From: Bacteroidales bacterium
GTDB taxonomy: Bacteria; Bacteroidota; Bacteroidia; Bacteroidales; UBA12077
Direction of reading: 5' to 3'
DNA: 64,000 nucleotides
NCBI GenBank assembly: GCA_019038645.1
Contig: JAHOYT010000002.1
Coordinates: 34,679 to 98,678 of the forward strand
The position numbers and the translations under genes were made by a program. Position 1 is the first letter of the stretch. The number at the start of each line of letters is the position of its first letter. The notes under the pieces were generated by a model that saw only the letters and a program-made list of their open reading frames with translations, was not told where the DNA came from and did no database searches. Shown here in pieces: positions 57,348 to 64,000 of this stretch.

Positions 57348-58562
57348 TTAATGTCTAATTTTTTCATCATGTACAGGAAGTGAAAAGATAAAAGCCGAAC
57401 CCTTATTAAGTTCACTTTCCACCCAAATTTTGCCATTATTTTTTGCAATAAATTCTTTACATAAAATAAGACCTAAGCCTGAACCTTTTTCTTCGGAAGT
57501 ACCTTGTGTTGTAACTTGCTGATCAATTTTAAAAAGCTTTTCCTGATCGGTTTTATTAATTCCAACTCCGTTATCAATAATGGATATCTCAACGAAATTA
57601 TCTTTTTGATTACATCTTATGGAAATAGGTTCACCCGGATGAGAAAATTTTATTGCATTACTTAAAAGATTTCTGATAACCGTTGTAATCATATTTTCAT
57701 CGGCATAAACCATTGTTTTTTCTTCAGCCTTAATATTTACCTTAATTTCTTTGTTTTCAATATTTATCATTAAAGTATCTATCGTATTTTCTATCATACT
57801 TTTGACGGACACAATTTGTGGATTAAAAGAAATACTATCCGTTTGAGATCTCGACCATTGAAGCAAATTTTCCAGAAGATTATAAAGTTGTTTTGAAGCC
57901 TGATTCATTACATCAATAAATTCCTTGCTTTCTTTTTCAGAAAAAACCTCAAAATTACCCGATAAAATTTCTGTAAGATTAAGAAATCCAGCAATGGGAT
58001 TTCGTAAATCATGTGCTATAATCGAGAAAAATTTATCTTTACTTGCATTTAGTGCGCTTAACTTTTCACGGTGTTTTTCAATTTCTTCTTTCTGAATACT
58101 TATTGTTTTTTTAGCTTTTTTTAAATCAATCATCTTTCCAAAAAGCTCAATTGTTCTTTCCCTGAATTTCTGATTTGATTTTTCCAGTTCTTCCTGATGT
58201 TCCTCTATTTCTTTTTGTTGCTTACTGAGCTTTTTATTTTGAAGGCTTATTGTTTTTTTTGCTTTTTTCAGGTCAACCAATTTGCCAAACAGATCAATCG
58301 TTTTTCCACGGAACTTCTCACTTGCTTCCTCCAGTATTTTTTGTTGTTTGTCAATATTTAAACGCTGCAATTCAAGTTCGCGGAATTGCTCAAATATTAT
58401 ATCCTGACCATTTTCGAGGCTGGCAATTTTTTCTGTGAGTTTTATTTTCTCTTCCTGAGATTTTTTAAGGATCTCATTTAGTTCAGTATTTGCCTTAATA
58501 TTCTCTTCTTCGGTAAGATTTAATGTTTGTTTTGTTCTGCGTTTAAATTTGTTTATTGACAT
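57348..58562 (-). CDS. Soluble histidine kinase with a coiled-coil N-terminus containing a tandem ~49-aa duplication
   Basis: No TM helix. KFRGKTIDLFGKLVDLKKAKKTISLQ... repeats as KFRERTIELFGKMIDLKKAKKTISIQ... (58059-58316). HisKA FFSIIAHDLRNPIAG. HATPase (NLLSNAIKFS, DNGVG, GSGLGL). Confidence 0.8.
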   Translation of the reverse strand: MSINKFKRRTKQTLNLTEEENIKANTELNEILKKSQEEKIKLTEKIASLENGQDIIFEQFRELELQRLNIDKQQKILEEASEKFRGKTIDLFGKLVDLKKAKKTISLQNKKLSKQQKEIEEHQEELEKSNQKFRERTIELFGKMIDLKKAKKTISIQKEEIEKHREKLSALNASKDKFFSIIAHDLRNPIAGFLNLTEILSGNFEVFSEKESKEFIDVMNQASKQLYNLLENLLQWSRSQTDSISFNPQIVSVKSMIENTIDTLMINIENKEIKVNIKAEEKTMVYADENMITTVIRNLLSNAIKFSHPGEPISIRCNQKDNFVEISIIDNGVGINKTDQEKLFKIDQQVTTQGTSEEKGSGLGLILCKEFIAKNNGKIWVESELNKGSAFIFSLPVHDEKIRH

Positions 58563-58630
58563 AAATAATTATCGATTTAGTATTACTTCTGAAAGCAAAA
58601 GCAATATCAGGAATTAAGTTTTTTTACGAC

Positions 58631-58972
58631 TTAAAATAATAAATGTTTCTTTTCCTGGTTTTTCCACTTTGCCTGATAGTCATAATCAACAAAATAGATT
58701 TTTAAGTTAGCCTGATAATCATATTTGGTAAAAAAAACTGTTTTGTCGGCTTGATAATCATATTTTGTAAAGAACCATAAACCTTTATTATCATTTGCCT
58801 GATAATCGTATTTCACTTTGTATACTAATAAATCTGCCTGATAATCATGATCAGTAACAAATATTTTGACGTCAGCCTGATAATCATAGCTGACAGAATA
58901 TATTTTTTGTGAAAACCCGTTATTTATGAATGCAAAAGTTATAAGAAAAATAAAAACAAACTTATACTTCAT
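58631..58972 (-). CDS. Small secreted repeat protein with six [YH]DYQA[DNK] units
   Basis: Signal peptide MKYKFVFIFLITFAFINNGFSQ. Six repeats spaced 13, 13, 16, 13 and 13 aa apart. The start codon lies 3 nt after the MscS gene stop. Confidence 0.6.
   Translation of the reverse strand: MKYKFVFIFLITFAFINNGFSQKIYSVSYDYQADVKIFVTDHDYQADLLVYKVKYDYQANDNKGLWFFTKYDYQADKTVFFTKYDYQANLKIYFVDYDYQAKWKNQEKKHLLF
58671..58887 (-). repeat. Six copies of GCCTGATAATCAT (plus-strand reading), a coding repeat of the YDYQA protein
   Basis: Copies start at 58671, 58710, 58749, 58797, 58836 and 58875, giving spacings of 39, 39, 48, 39 and 39 nt. Three copies carry a single substitution each. Confidence 0.85.
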
Positions 58973-58975
58973 GCT

Positions 58976-60253
58976 TTATATCTGGTTTGTTAATTTCATA
59001 AAATCATAACCGGTTGGATTCTGGAAAACTCTCAGATCAAATTCAGGAACAACTGCAAAAATATGATCAAATATATCGGCCTGTACCTGCTCAAATTTTC
59101 CCCAGTCCTGATCTTTGCTAAATGCATAAATCTGTATAGGCAATCCATTTTCTGTGGGTTGTAAATGACGAACAATAAGCGTGTAGTTTGATTCTATCCC
59201 ATGAATTTTAGGATGTTTCTCAAGATATATTTCTATATACTTTCTGTAAACGCCTATATTAGTAAGGTTTCTGCGACTTGCCATATCAGTATCATCAACT
59301 TCCAGATGTTTATTATGATTTTCAATTTCCGTTTGTTTTTCGTCCACATATGCCCGAATTAATTTAATTTTTTTAAACTTATCCAGCATTTCATTGTCAC
59401 AAAATTTTATGCTTTTTAAATCAATATATATGGAGCGGGCAATCCGTCTTCCTCCTGATTCTTCCATTCCTCTCCAATTTTGGAATGATTCCGAAATCAA
59501 TGAGTATGTCGGAATTGTTACAATGGTTTTGTCAAAGTTCTGAACTTTTACTGTATTCAAAGTAATTTCAATTACTGTACCATCTGCATCTTTTGATGGC
59601 ATAGTTATCCAGTCGCCGGGTTTTACCATTTGATTTGCTGACAGCTGAATACTTGAAACAAAACCAAGAATTGTATCCTTAAAAACTAAAATTAAAATAG
59701 CAGCAATTGCACCTAAACTTGCTAAAAGTGTTCCGGGAGATTTTCCTAAAATAACCGATAAAATAAATATTATTCCAAAAGCGTAAATAACAATTTTTAC
59801 ACTTTGAATATAGCCTTTTATTGGTTTCTCTTTTGAGATTGGCAGAGTAAGGTATGCAGAGTGTAACGCACTTAAAAATGCATCCAGAACCAACATTCCC
59901 ACAAATATCATATAGATATATGCTGCGGATTGAATAATTGAAGCTGTTACCGGAAATTCGGCAAGTCCCGTTAGCGCAAAATAATAGATTATAATTGCCG
60001 GAACAATATGTGAGAGTCTTTTAAAAACTTTCTTTTGAAAAATAATGTCATCCCAGGCATATTTTGTTCTTCTTACAAGCTTACTAATAATTCTGAATAT
60101 AACTTTATTAGTAATTAAATAGGCTAGATATGATATCAATATAATAGCCAGAATTATAATTGCTGATTTAATAAGCGAAGCATAATGTTCCGGGATGCCA
60201 ATGCTAATAAACCATTCCTGTAGTTTTAATCCAATTAAAGAATTCATAGTCAA
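58976..60253 (-). CDS. Mechanosensitive ion channel family protein (MscS-like)
   Basis: N-terminal TM helices and the MscS core (PGDWITM...GTVIEITLNTVKVQNFDKTIVTIPTYSL). Confidence 0.8.
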   Translation of the reverse strand: MTMNSLIGLKLQEWFISIGIPEHYASLIKSAIIILAIILISYLAYLITNKVIFRIISKLVRRTKYAWDDIIFQKKVFKRLSHIVPAIIIYYFALTGLAEFPVTASIIQSAAYIYMIFVGMLVLDAFLSALHSAYLTLPISKEKPIKGYIQSVKIVIYAFGIIFILSVILGKSPGTLLASLGAIAAILILVFKDTILGFVSSIQLSANQMVKPGDWITMPSKDADGTVIEITLNTVKVQNFDKTIVTIPTYSLISESFQNWRGMEESGGRRIARSIYIDLKSIKFCDNEMLDKFKKIKLIRAYVDEKQTEIENHNKHLEVDDTDMASRRNLTNIGVYRKYIEIYLEKHPKIHGIESNYTLIVRHLQPTENGLPIQIYAFSKDQDWGKFEQVQADIFDHIFAVVPEFDLRVFQNPTGYDFMKLTNQI

Positions 60254-60312
60254 ATAAGAGTTTTGGAGTAGTATTTTGTAAATTTAACAACTTAATTCTT
60301 GCTAAAAAAATT

Positions 60313-61584
60313 ATGAGACACTTTACAACTTTTTTGTTTTTAATATTGAGTTTTTCGGTTAAACCCCAAAATTCTTATTTTGATTATTTCACAGATAACT
60401 CAATGCGGATTGATTTTGTTTTTGCAGGTAATGCTGTAGAAGAAAACATATATCTTGATAAAATAATAAAGGAACCTTTTTGGGGTGGTTCTAAAATAAA
60501 TCTAACTGATAAATTTGATTATGGCGAGTATAAATTTGAAGTATTTGATAATGAAACAAACACTTTAATTTTTTCAAAAGGTTTTTGTACTTTATTTGAA
60601 GAATGGCAAACAACGAATGAAGCAAAATTAATTGATAAAAGCTTTAATCAAACCATAACATTTCCTTATCCTTTAAAAACAGTAGCTCTTAAGATATATA
60701 GCAGAAAATGGGAGGGCGATTTTGAAAAAATATTTGAGATGAATATTGATCCAGGGAATTATTTTATTAATCCTGAGCGATCAGATTTTACATATGTAAA
60801 AGCAATCGATAATGGCGATCCGGCAAAAAAAGTAGATCTTGTATTTTTAGCAGAAGGATATACTGAAAGTGAAATGGACAAATTTGTAGAAGATTCTGAA
60901 AGATTAATAAAGTATATGTTTTCACAGGAACCATATAATAAATATAAAGACAGGTTTAATATTTGGTTAGTAAAATCAGTGTCGAAAGAGTCCGGAACAG
61001 ATATTCCTGGAGAGAGATTGTATAAGAAAACAATTATCAATAGTAACTTCTATACTTTCGATAGTGAACGTTATCTGACGACTATGGATGTTCAAAAAGT
61101 GAGGGATATTGCTTCGGTTGTTCCATATGATGATATTTGTATACTGGTAAATTCTGAAAAATATGGTGGAGGCGGAATTTATAATCATTATTGTATTTCT
61201 ACTGTGGATAATTCTTTATCCGATAAAGTATTTATTCATGAACTTGGTCATTCATTTGCTGGTTTAGGAGATGAATATTACAATTCTGTTACTTCTTACA
61301 ATGATTTTTTTAATCTGGAAATAGAGCCATGGCAACCAAATTTAACCACAATGGTAGATTTTAATCAAAAATGGAAAAACATGATTACAGAAGATATTCC
61401 AATTCCTACACTTCGCGATGATCAATTTAAAAATGTAATTGGAGTTTTTGAAGGAGGAGGATATGTGAACAAAGGAATGTTTAGCCCGTTTATGGATTGT
61501 AGAATGAATAACAATGAAGCCGAAGGCTTTTGTCCTGTTTGTAAGGAAGCTATAATAAAGATGATATTATTTAAATCTGAATAG
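60313..61584 (+). CDS. M64-family (IgA-peptidase-like) zinc metallopeptidase
   Basis: Signal peptide. HEXXH in FIHELGHSFAGLGDEY. The overall M64 N- and C-domain pattern. Confidence 0.75.
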   Translation: MRHFTTFLFLILSFSVKPQNSYFDYFTDNSMRIDFVFAGNAVEENIYLDKIIKEPFWGGSKINLTDKFDYGEYKFEVFDNETNTLIFSKGFCTLFEEWQTTNEAKLIDKSFNQTITFPYPLKTVALKIYSRKWEGDFEKIFEMNIDPGNYFINPERSDFTYVKAIDNGDPAKKVDLVFLAEGYTESEMDKFVEDSERLIKYMFSQEPYNKYKDRFNIWLVKSVSKESGTDIPGERLYKKTIINSNFYTFDSERYLTTMDVQKVRDIASVVPYDDICILVNSEKYGGGGIYNHYCISTVDNSLSDKVFIHELGHSFAGLGDEYYNSVTSYNDFFNLEIEPWQPNLTTMVDFNQKWKNMITEDIPIPTLRDDQFKNVIGVFEGGGYVNKGMFSPFMDCRMNNNEAEGFCPVCKEAIIKMILFKSE

Positions 61585-61596
61585 AAAATATCTATA

Positions 61597-61640
61597 TAAA
61601 AAAACATCCGGAGTTTTGAACGCTTCGGATGTTTTCTTTT
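61597..61640. terminator. Bidirectional intrinsic terminator between convergent genes
   Basis: 10-bp stem AAAACATCCG / CGGATGTTTT with A-rich and T-rich flanks. Confidence 0.6.
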
Positions 61641-61657
61641 ATCACATTTACAATAGA

Positions 61658-61984
61658 TTATTCTTTTCGAACATGTTTTTTGGCTATAAAGTAGTATACA
61701 ACTAATCCAATACCACCGAATAAGAAAATCATTGATAAGTACGCAACTCCTTCATCTAAATGAGTTGTTTCGCTTAAAATTGCACCCATTAAGAATCCAA
61801 TTGCAATACCAATACAGAATATTCCGTATTTTAAACTTGGAGATACATTTGACTCGCTGTTAAAAATTGCTGCAGTTAAGCCTTTATCAATTAGTGCAAG
61901 TCTTTCTTTTCTTCTTACATATAAATGGAAAATTCCATAAACTACTGCGAAGAATGCTATTCCAATTAAAAATTCAAAGTCCAT
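61658..61984 (-). CDS. Small membrane protein (3-4 TM helices), divergent from the ECF sigma operon
   Basis: 108-aa hydrophobic ORF. It is preceded by an ECF-type promoter that mirrors the sigma operon promoter. Confidence 0.55.
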   Translation of the reverse strand: MDFEFLIGIAFFAVVYGIFHLYVRRKERLALIDKGLTAAIFNSESNVSPSLKYGIFCIGIAIGFLMGAILSETTHLDEGVAYLSMIFLFGGIGLVVYYFIAKKHVRKE

Positions 61985-62017
61985 AATAATTTGTTTTAGT
62001 TTAACATTGTTTTATTG

Positions 62018-62048
62018 CTATGACGCCATGTTTTTTATTTGGGTTACA
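62018..62048 (-). promoter_or_regulatory. ECF-type promoter (minus strand): TGTAACC-N16-CGTCATAG
   Basis: The reverse complement of 62018-62048 reads TGTAACCcaaataaaaaacatggCGTCATAG. The -10 element ends 33 nt upstream of the ATG at 61984. Confidence 0.5.
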
Positions 62049-62089
62049 CTTTGCGTTAAAAAATGTTGTAAATTGTTTTGTTTATTATC

Positions 62090-62119
62090 TGTAACCTGAT
62101 TAATATTTTTGCGTCATAG
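62090..62119 (+). promoter_or_regulatory. ECF-type promoter (plus strand): TGTAACC-N15-CGTCATAG; probably the autoregulated sigma promoter
   Basis: Reads TGTAACCtgattaatatttttgCGTCATAG. AAC/CGTC spacing of 16 nt, as in the classical ECF consensus. It ends 15 nt before the TTG start at 62135. Confidence 0.5.
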
Positions 62120-62134
62120 TAAAAAAGAACAGGA

Positions 62135-62704
62135 TTGAAAGAAGATAAATATTATATCGAGCGCGTTTTACTGGGTGATGTTAATGCTTTTAGTTTTCTG
62201 GTTGATAAGCATAAAGGTCTTGTTTATACTATAGCATTAAGAATGTTGAAAAATCCGGAAGATGCAGAAGAGTTAGCTCAGGATACTTTTGTAAAAGCAT
62301 ATAATTCCTTAAAAGAGTTTAAATTTGAATCGAAGTTCTCAACATGGTTGTATCGCGTAACATATAACGGAGCAATTTCAAAATTACGAAAGAAACAAAT
62401 TGAAGTGACTGATGTTGACCATGATAATTTGCCTGATAGCGAAGTAGTTTCAACATATAGTGCAATAAGCGAATTAAAAAGAAACGAGCAAAAAAAATAT
62501 ATTAATTATGCAATTGAACAATTAAAAGAAGATGATGCTTTAATGATAACAATGTATTATTTAAATGAAAGTTCAATTGAAGAGATTAGCGAAATTACAC
62601 AATTAACTCTCTCAAATGTAAAAGTAAAATTGCACCGGGCACGAAAACGATTTTACGATGAACTAAAAGTGATTTTAAAAGAAGAAGTAAGGGCAATATT
62701 ATGA
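62135..62704 (+). CDS. ECF-type RNA polymerase sigma factor
   Basis: Region 2 (DAEELAQDTFVKAY...FSTWLYRVTYNGAI) and region 4 (ITMYYLNESSIEEISEITQLTLSNVKVKLHRARKR). TTG start. Confidence 0.85.
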   Translation: MKEDKYYIERVLLGDVNAFSFLVDKHKGLVYTIALRMLKNPEDAEELAQDTFVKAYNSLKEFKFESKFSTWLYRVTYNGAISKLRKKQIEVTDVDHDNLPDSEVVSTYSAISELKRNEQKKYINYAIEQLKEDDALMITMYYLNESSIEEISEITQLTLSNVKVKLHRARKRFYDELKVILKEEVRAIL

Positions 62705-63117
62705 ACAACAATAAATTAAATTCCGACACTTATACCCGTAAGTTAGTAAATATGGGCGGACTTGAACAGCCTGGTTCTGATTTTACTAAGAATGTAATGA
62801 GCCAAATCTTAAAAGATCCATCGGTAAAGGTGAGCTTTATTACAAATGATGACAAGAAAAGTAATATATGGTTGTTTATTGCAATTGGTGCAATGACTAT
62901 TGGATATTCCATTTTTTATTATATCAAAAATGGTTTTAGTTTTACTTCAGATACAGGTGCGATCGAAACTCCTGGTTACTTTAAAGTTTTTTCTCAATTT
63001 TTCTCAGGTTTATTTAATGAATTAAGCTTGTCACCGTACATATTGATTGCTTTGATCGGTGTTGTAGTTTTAGTTGTTTTGGATAAAACTATAGTTCGAT
63101 ATTTGTATTCCATTTAA
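62701..63117 (+). CDS. Putative cognate anti-sigma membrane protein
   Basis: 4-nt ATGA overlap with the sigma gene. N-terminal GSDFTKNVMSQI motif typical of Bacteroidota anti-sigma N-termini. Two TM helices. Confidence 0.5.
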   Translation: MNNNKLNSDTYTRKLVNMGGLEQPGSDFTKNVMSQILKDPSVKVSFITNDDKKSNIWLFIAIGAMTIGYSIFYYIKNGFSFTSDTGAIETPGYFKVFSQFFSGLFNELSLSPYILIALIGVVVLVVLDKTIVRYLYSI

Positions 63118-63140
63118 AAATATATAAGCCATTAGTTTTA

Positions 63141-63168
63141 AGATCGTAAAGTGTTACGATCTTTTTTA
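63141..63168 (+). terminator. Intrinsic terminator after the sigma/anti-sigma operon
   Basis: AGATCGTAA-AGTG-TTACGATCT followed by TTTTTT. Confidence 0.65.
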
Positions 63169-63193
63169 TTTTTAATTTAATCAGTAATTTTTT

Positions 63194-63201
63194 TAGATTT
63201 G
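63194..63201 (+). promoter_or_regulatory. Candidate -7 box TAGATTTG upstream of the third sigma gene
   Basis: Matches TAnnTTTG, 20 nt before the TTG start at 63221. Confidence 0.3.
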
Positions 63202-63220
63202 GTATAATTTATATTACAAA

Positions 63221-63796
63221 TTGTTCAGCAAATTGAAATACTCTGCTACCAGAAATTTAATAGAAGGCATTCGTAATCAGGATAAAACTACACTTCGGAA
63301 TATATATTCTGATTATTTTCCTACGATAAAACGATATGTAATTGAAAATAGTGGAAGTGAGCAGGATGCGAAAGATGTATTTCAGGAAGGAATTGTAATA
63401 ATCTACAGAAAAATAAAAGAAGGAACATTTGAGCTTACTTCTTCGTTTAAATCATATATATATTCTGTTTGCAGGTTTATCTGGATAAAACAACTGTCAA
63501 AAAACAAGGAAAACGCTGAGCAGCAGAATGTTTATCTTGAATATGAAGGAGTTAGTGATATAAGCCCGGATGAATATAAAAAAAATGAACAGTATAAACT
63601 TTATCAATATCATTTTAAAAGACTTGGTAAAGATTGTCAGAAATTATTAACTTTATATTTGAAGGAAGTATCCTTAAAAGAAATAGCCGAAGAATTGGGA
63701 ATTGATAGTTTACATTATATTAAGCGTAAAAAATATAAGTGTAAAGAACAGCTGGTAAGATACATAAAAAGCGATTCGAATTATAAAAAAGAGTGA
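63221..63796 (+). CDS. Sigma-70 family (ECF-like) RNA polymerase sigma factor
   Basis: Region 2-like DAKDVFQEGIVIIYRK...FKSYIYSVCRFIWIKQ and region 4-like LTLYLKEVSLKEIAEELG. TTG start. Confidence 0.7.
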   Translation: MFSKLKYSATRNLIEGIRNQDKTTLRNIYSDYFPTIKRYVIENSGSEQDAKDVFQEGIVIIYRKIKEGTFELTSSFKSYIYSVCRFIWIKQLSKNKENAEQQNVYLEYEGVSDISPDEYKKNEQYKLYQYHFKRLGKDCQKLLTLYLKEVSLKEIAEELGIDSLHYIKRKKYKCKEQLVRYIKSDSNYKKE

Positions 63797-64000
63797 TGGA
63801 GAACAGATTTGATTTGATAGAGAAGTATTTGATGAATGATATGTCAGTCGGTGAACAAAAGGAATTTGAAAGATTATTAAGTACGGACACCGACCTGAAA
63901 AAAGAATTTTTGCTCAGAAAAGAGATAAATGACGCAATTCTGGAAGATGATATAATAGATTTGAGGAATAGTTTAGAAGAAATTACAGAAAAAGATAAGA
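63796..64000 (+). CDS. Hypothetical protein, N-terminal part only (runs off the window); possible partner of the preceding sigma factor
   Basis: The ATG overlaps the sigma stop (TGATG). The N-terminus MENRFDLIEKYLMNDMSVGEQKEFERLL... is a common Bacteroidota anti-sigma/TPR-protein leader pattern. It is open to position 64000. Confidence 0.45.
   Translation, partial: MENRFDLIEKYLMNDMSVGEQKEFERLLSTDTDLKKEFLLRKEINDAILEDDIIDLRNSLEEITEKDK

Noticed and set aside
58671-58887. A regularly spaced 13-nt repeat (39-nt period) that superficially resembles a mini CRISPR or other repeat array.
   Set aside because: The repeats are in frame within a signal-peptide-bearing ORF and encode the YDYQA motif. The 'spacers' are also related to each other (beta-strand pattern), and no cas genes are present. 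It is a coding tandem repeat.

Overview
By eye this is an AT-rich, densely coding chromosomal segment that looks like Bacteroidota. Supporting signs are TAnnTTTG-type -7 promoter boxes, GWxTD, GH109, LytTR and ECF modules, and OMP-type barrels. I can support about 56 CDS (two of them cut by the window edges), two tRNA genes (Ser-GCT and Pro-TGG), several intrinsic terminators and a few promoter motifs. I see no rRNA, CRISPR array, transposase, integrase or obvious defence island. Most of the window is ordinary housekeeping: znuABC, lpdA, uvrA, smpB, miaA, recA, bcp, clpS, floA, rlmD, rlmB, an ABC-F protein and a MacB-type efflux system.

The parts worth a second look are listed below.
1. A short-chain acyl-CoA cluster at 25.9-33.8 kb. 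A fused B12-dependent IcmF mutase and an acyl-CoA dehydrogenase are flanked by two divergent butyrate-kinase paralogs and a thioesterase. No phosphotransacylase is visible, and a 496-bp ORF-free control region lies between the divergent units.
2. An 880-aa one-polypeptide regulator with the order FG-GAP-like propeller, TM helix, degenerate histidine-kinase-like module, intact receiver, LuxR HTH.
3. A small secreted protein built from six 13-16-residue YDYQA(D/N/K) repeats. It has 39-nt DNA periodicity and sits 3 nt downstream of an MscS-type channel gene.
4. Two mirror-image ECF-type promoters (TGTAACC-N15/16-CGTCATAG) that drive an ECF sigma operon and a divergent small membrane protein gene.
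5. A SPOR-domain protein paired with an OMP barrel that carries TSP3 and EF-hand modules but lacks an OmpA_C domain.
6. A duplicated tRNA-Pro 3' end bracketing a GC-richer roughly 100-nt segment between two terminators.
7. An ECF-coupled protein that combines an anti-sigma-like N-terminus with a C-terminal outer-membrane barrel.

All functional calls come from motif recognition by eye. No database search, folding or statistics could be run.
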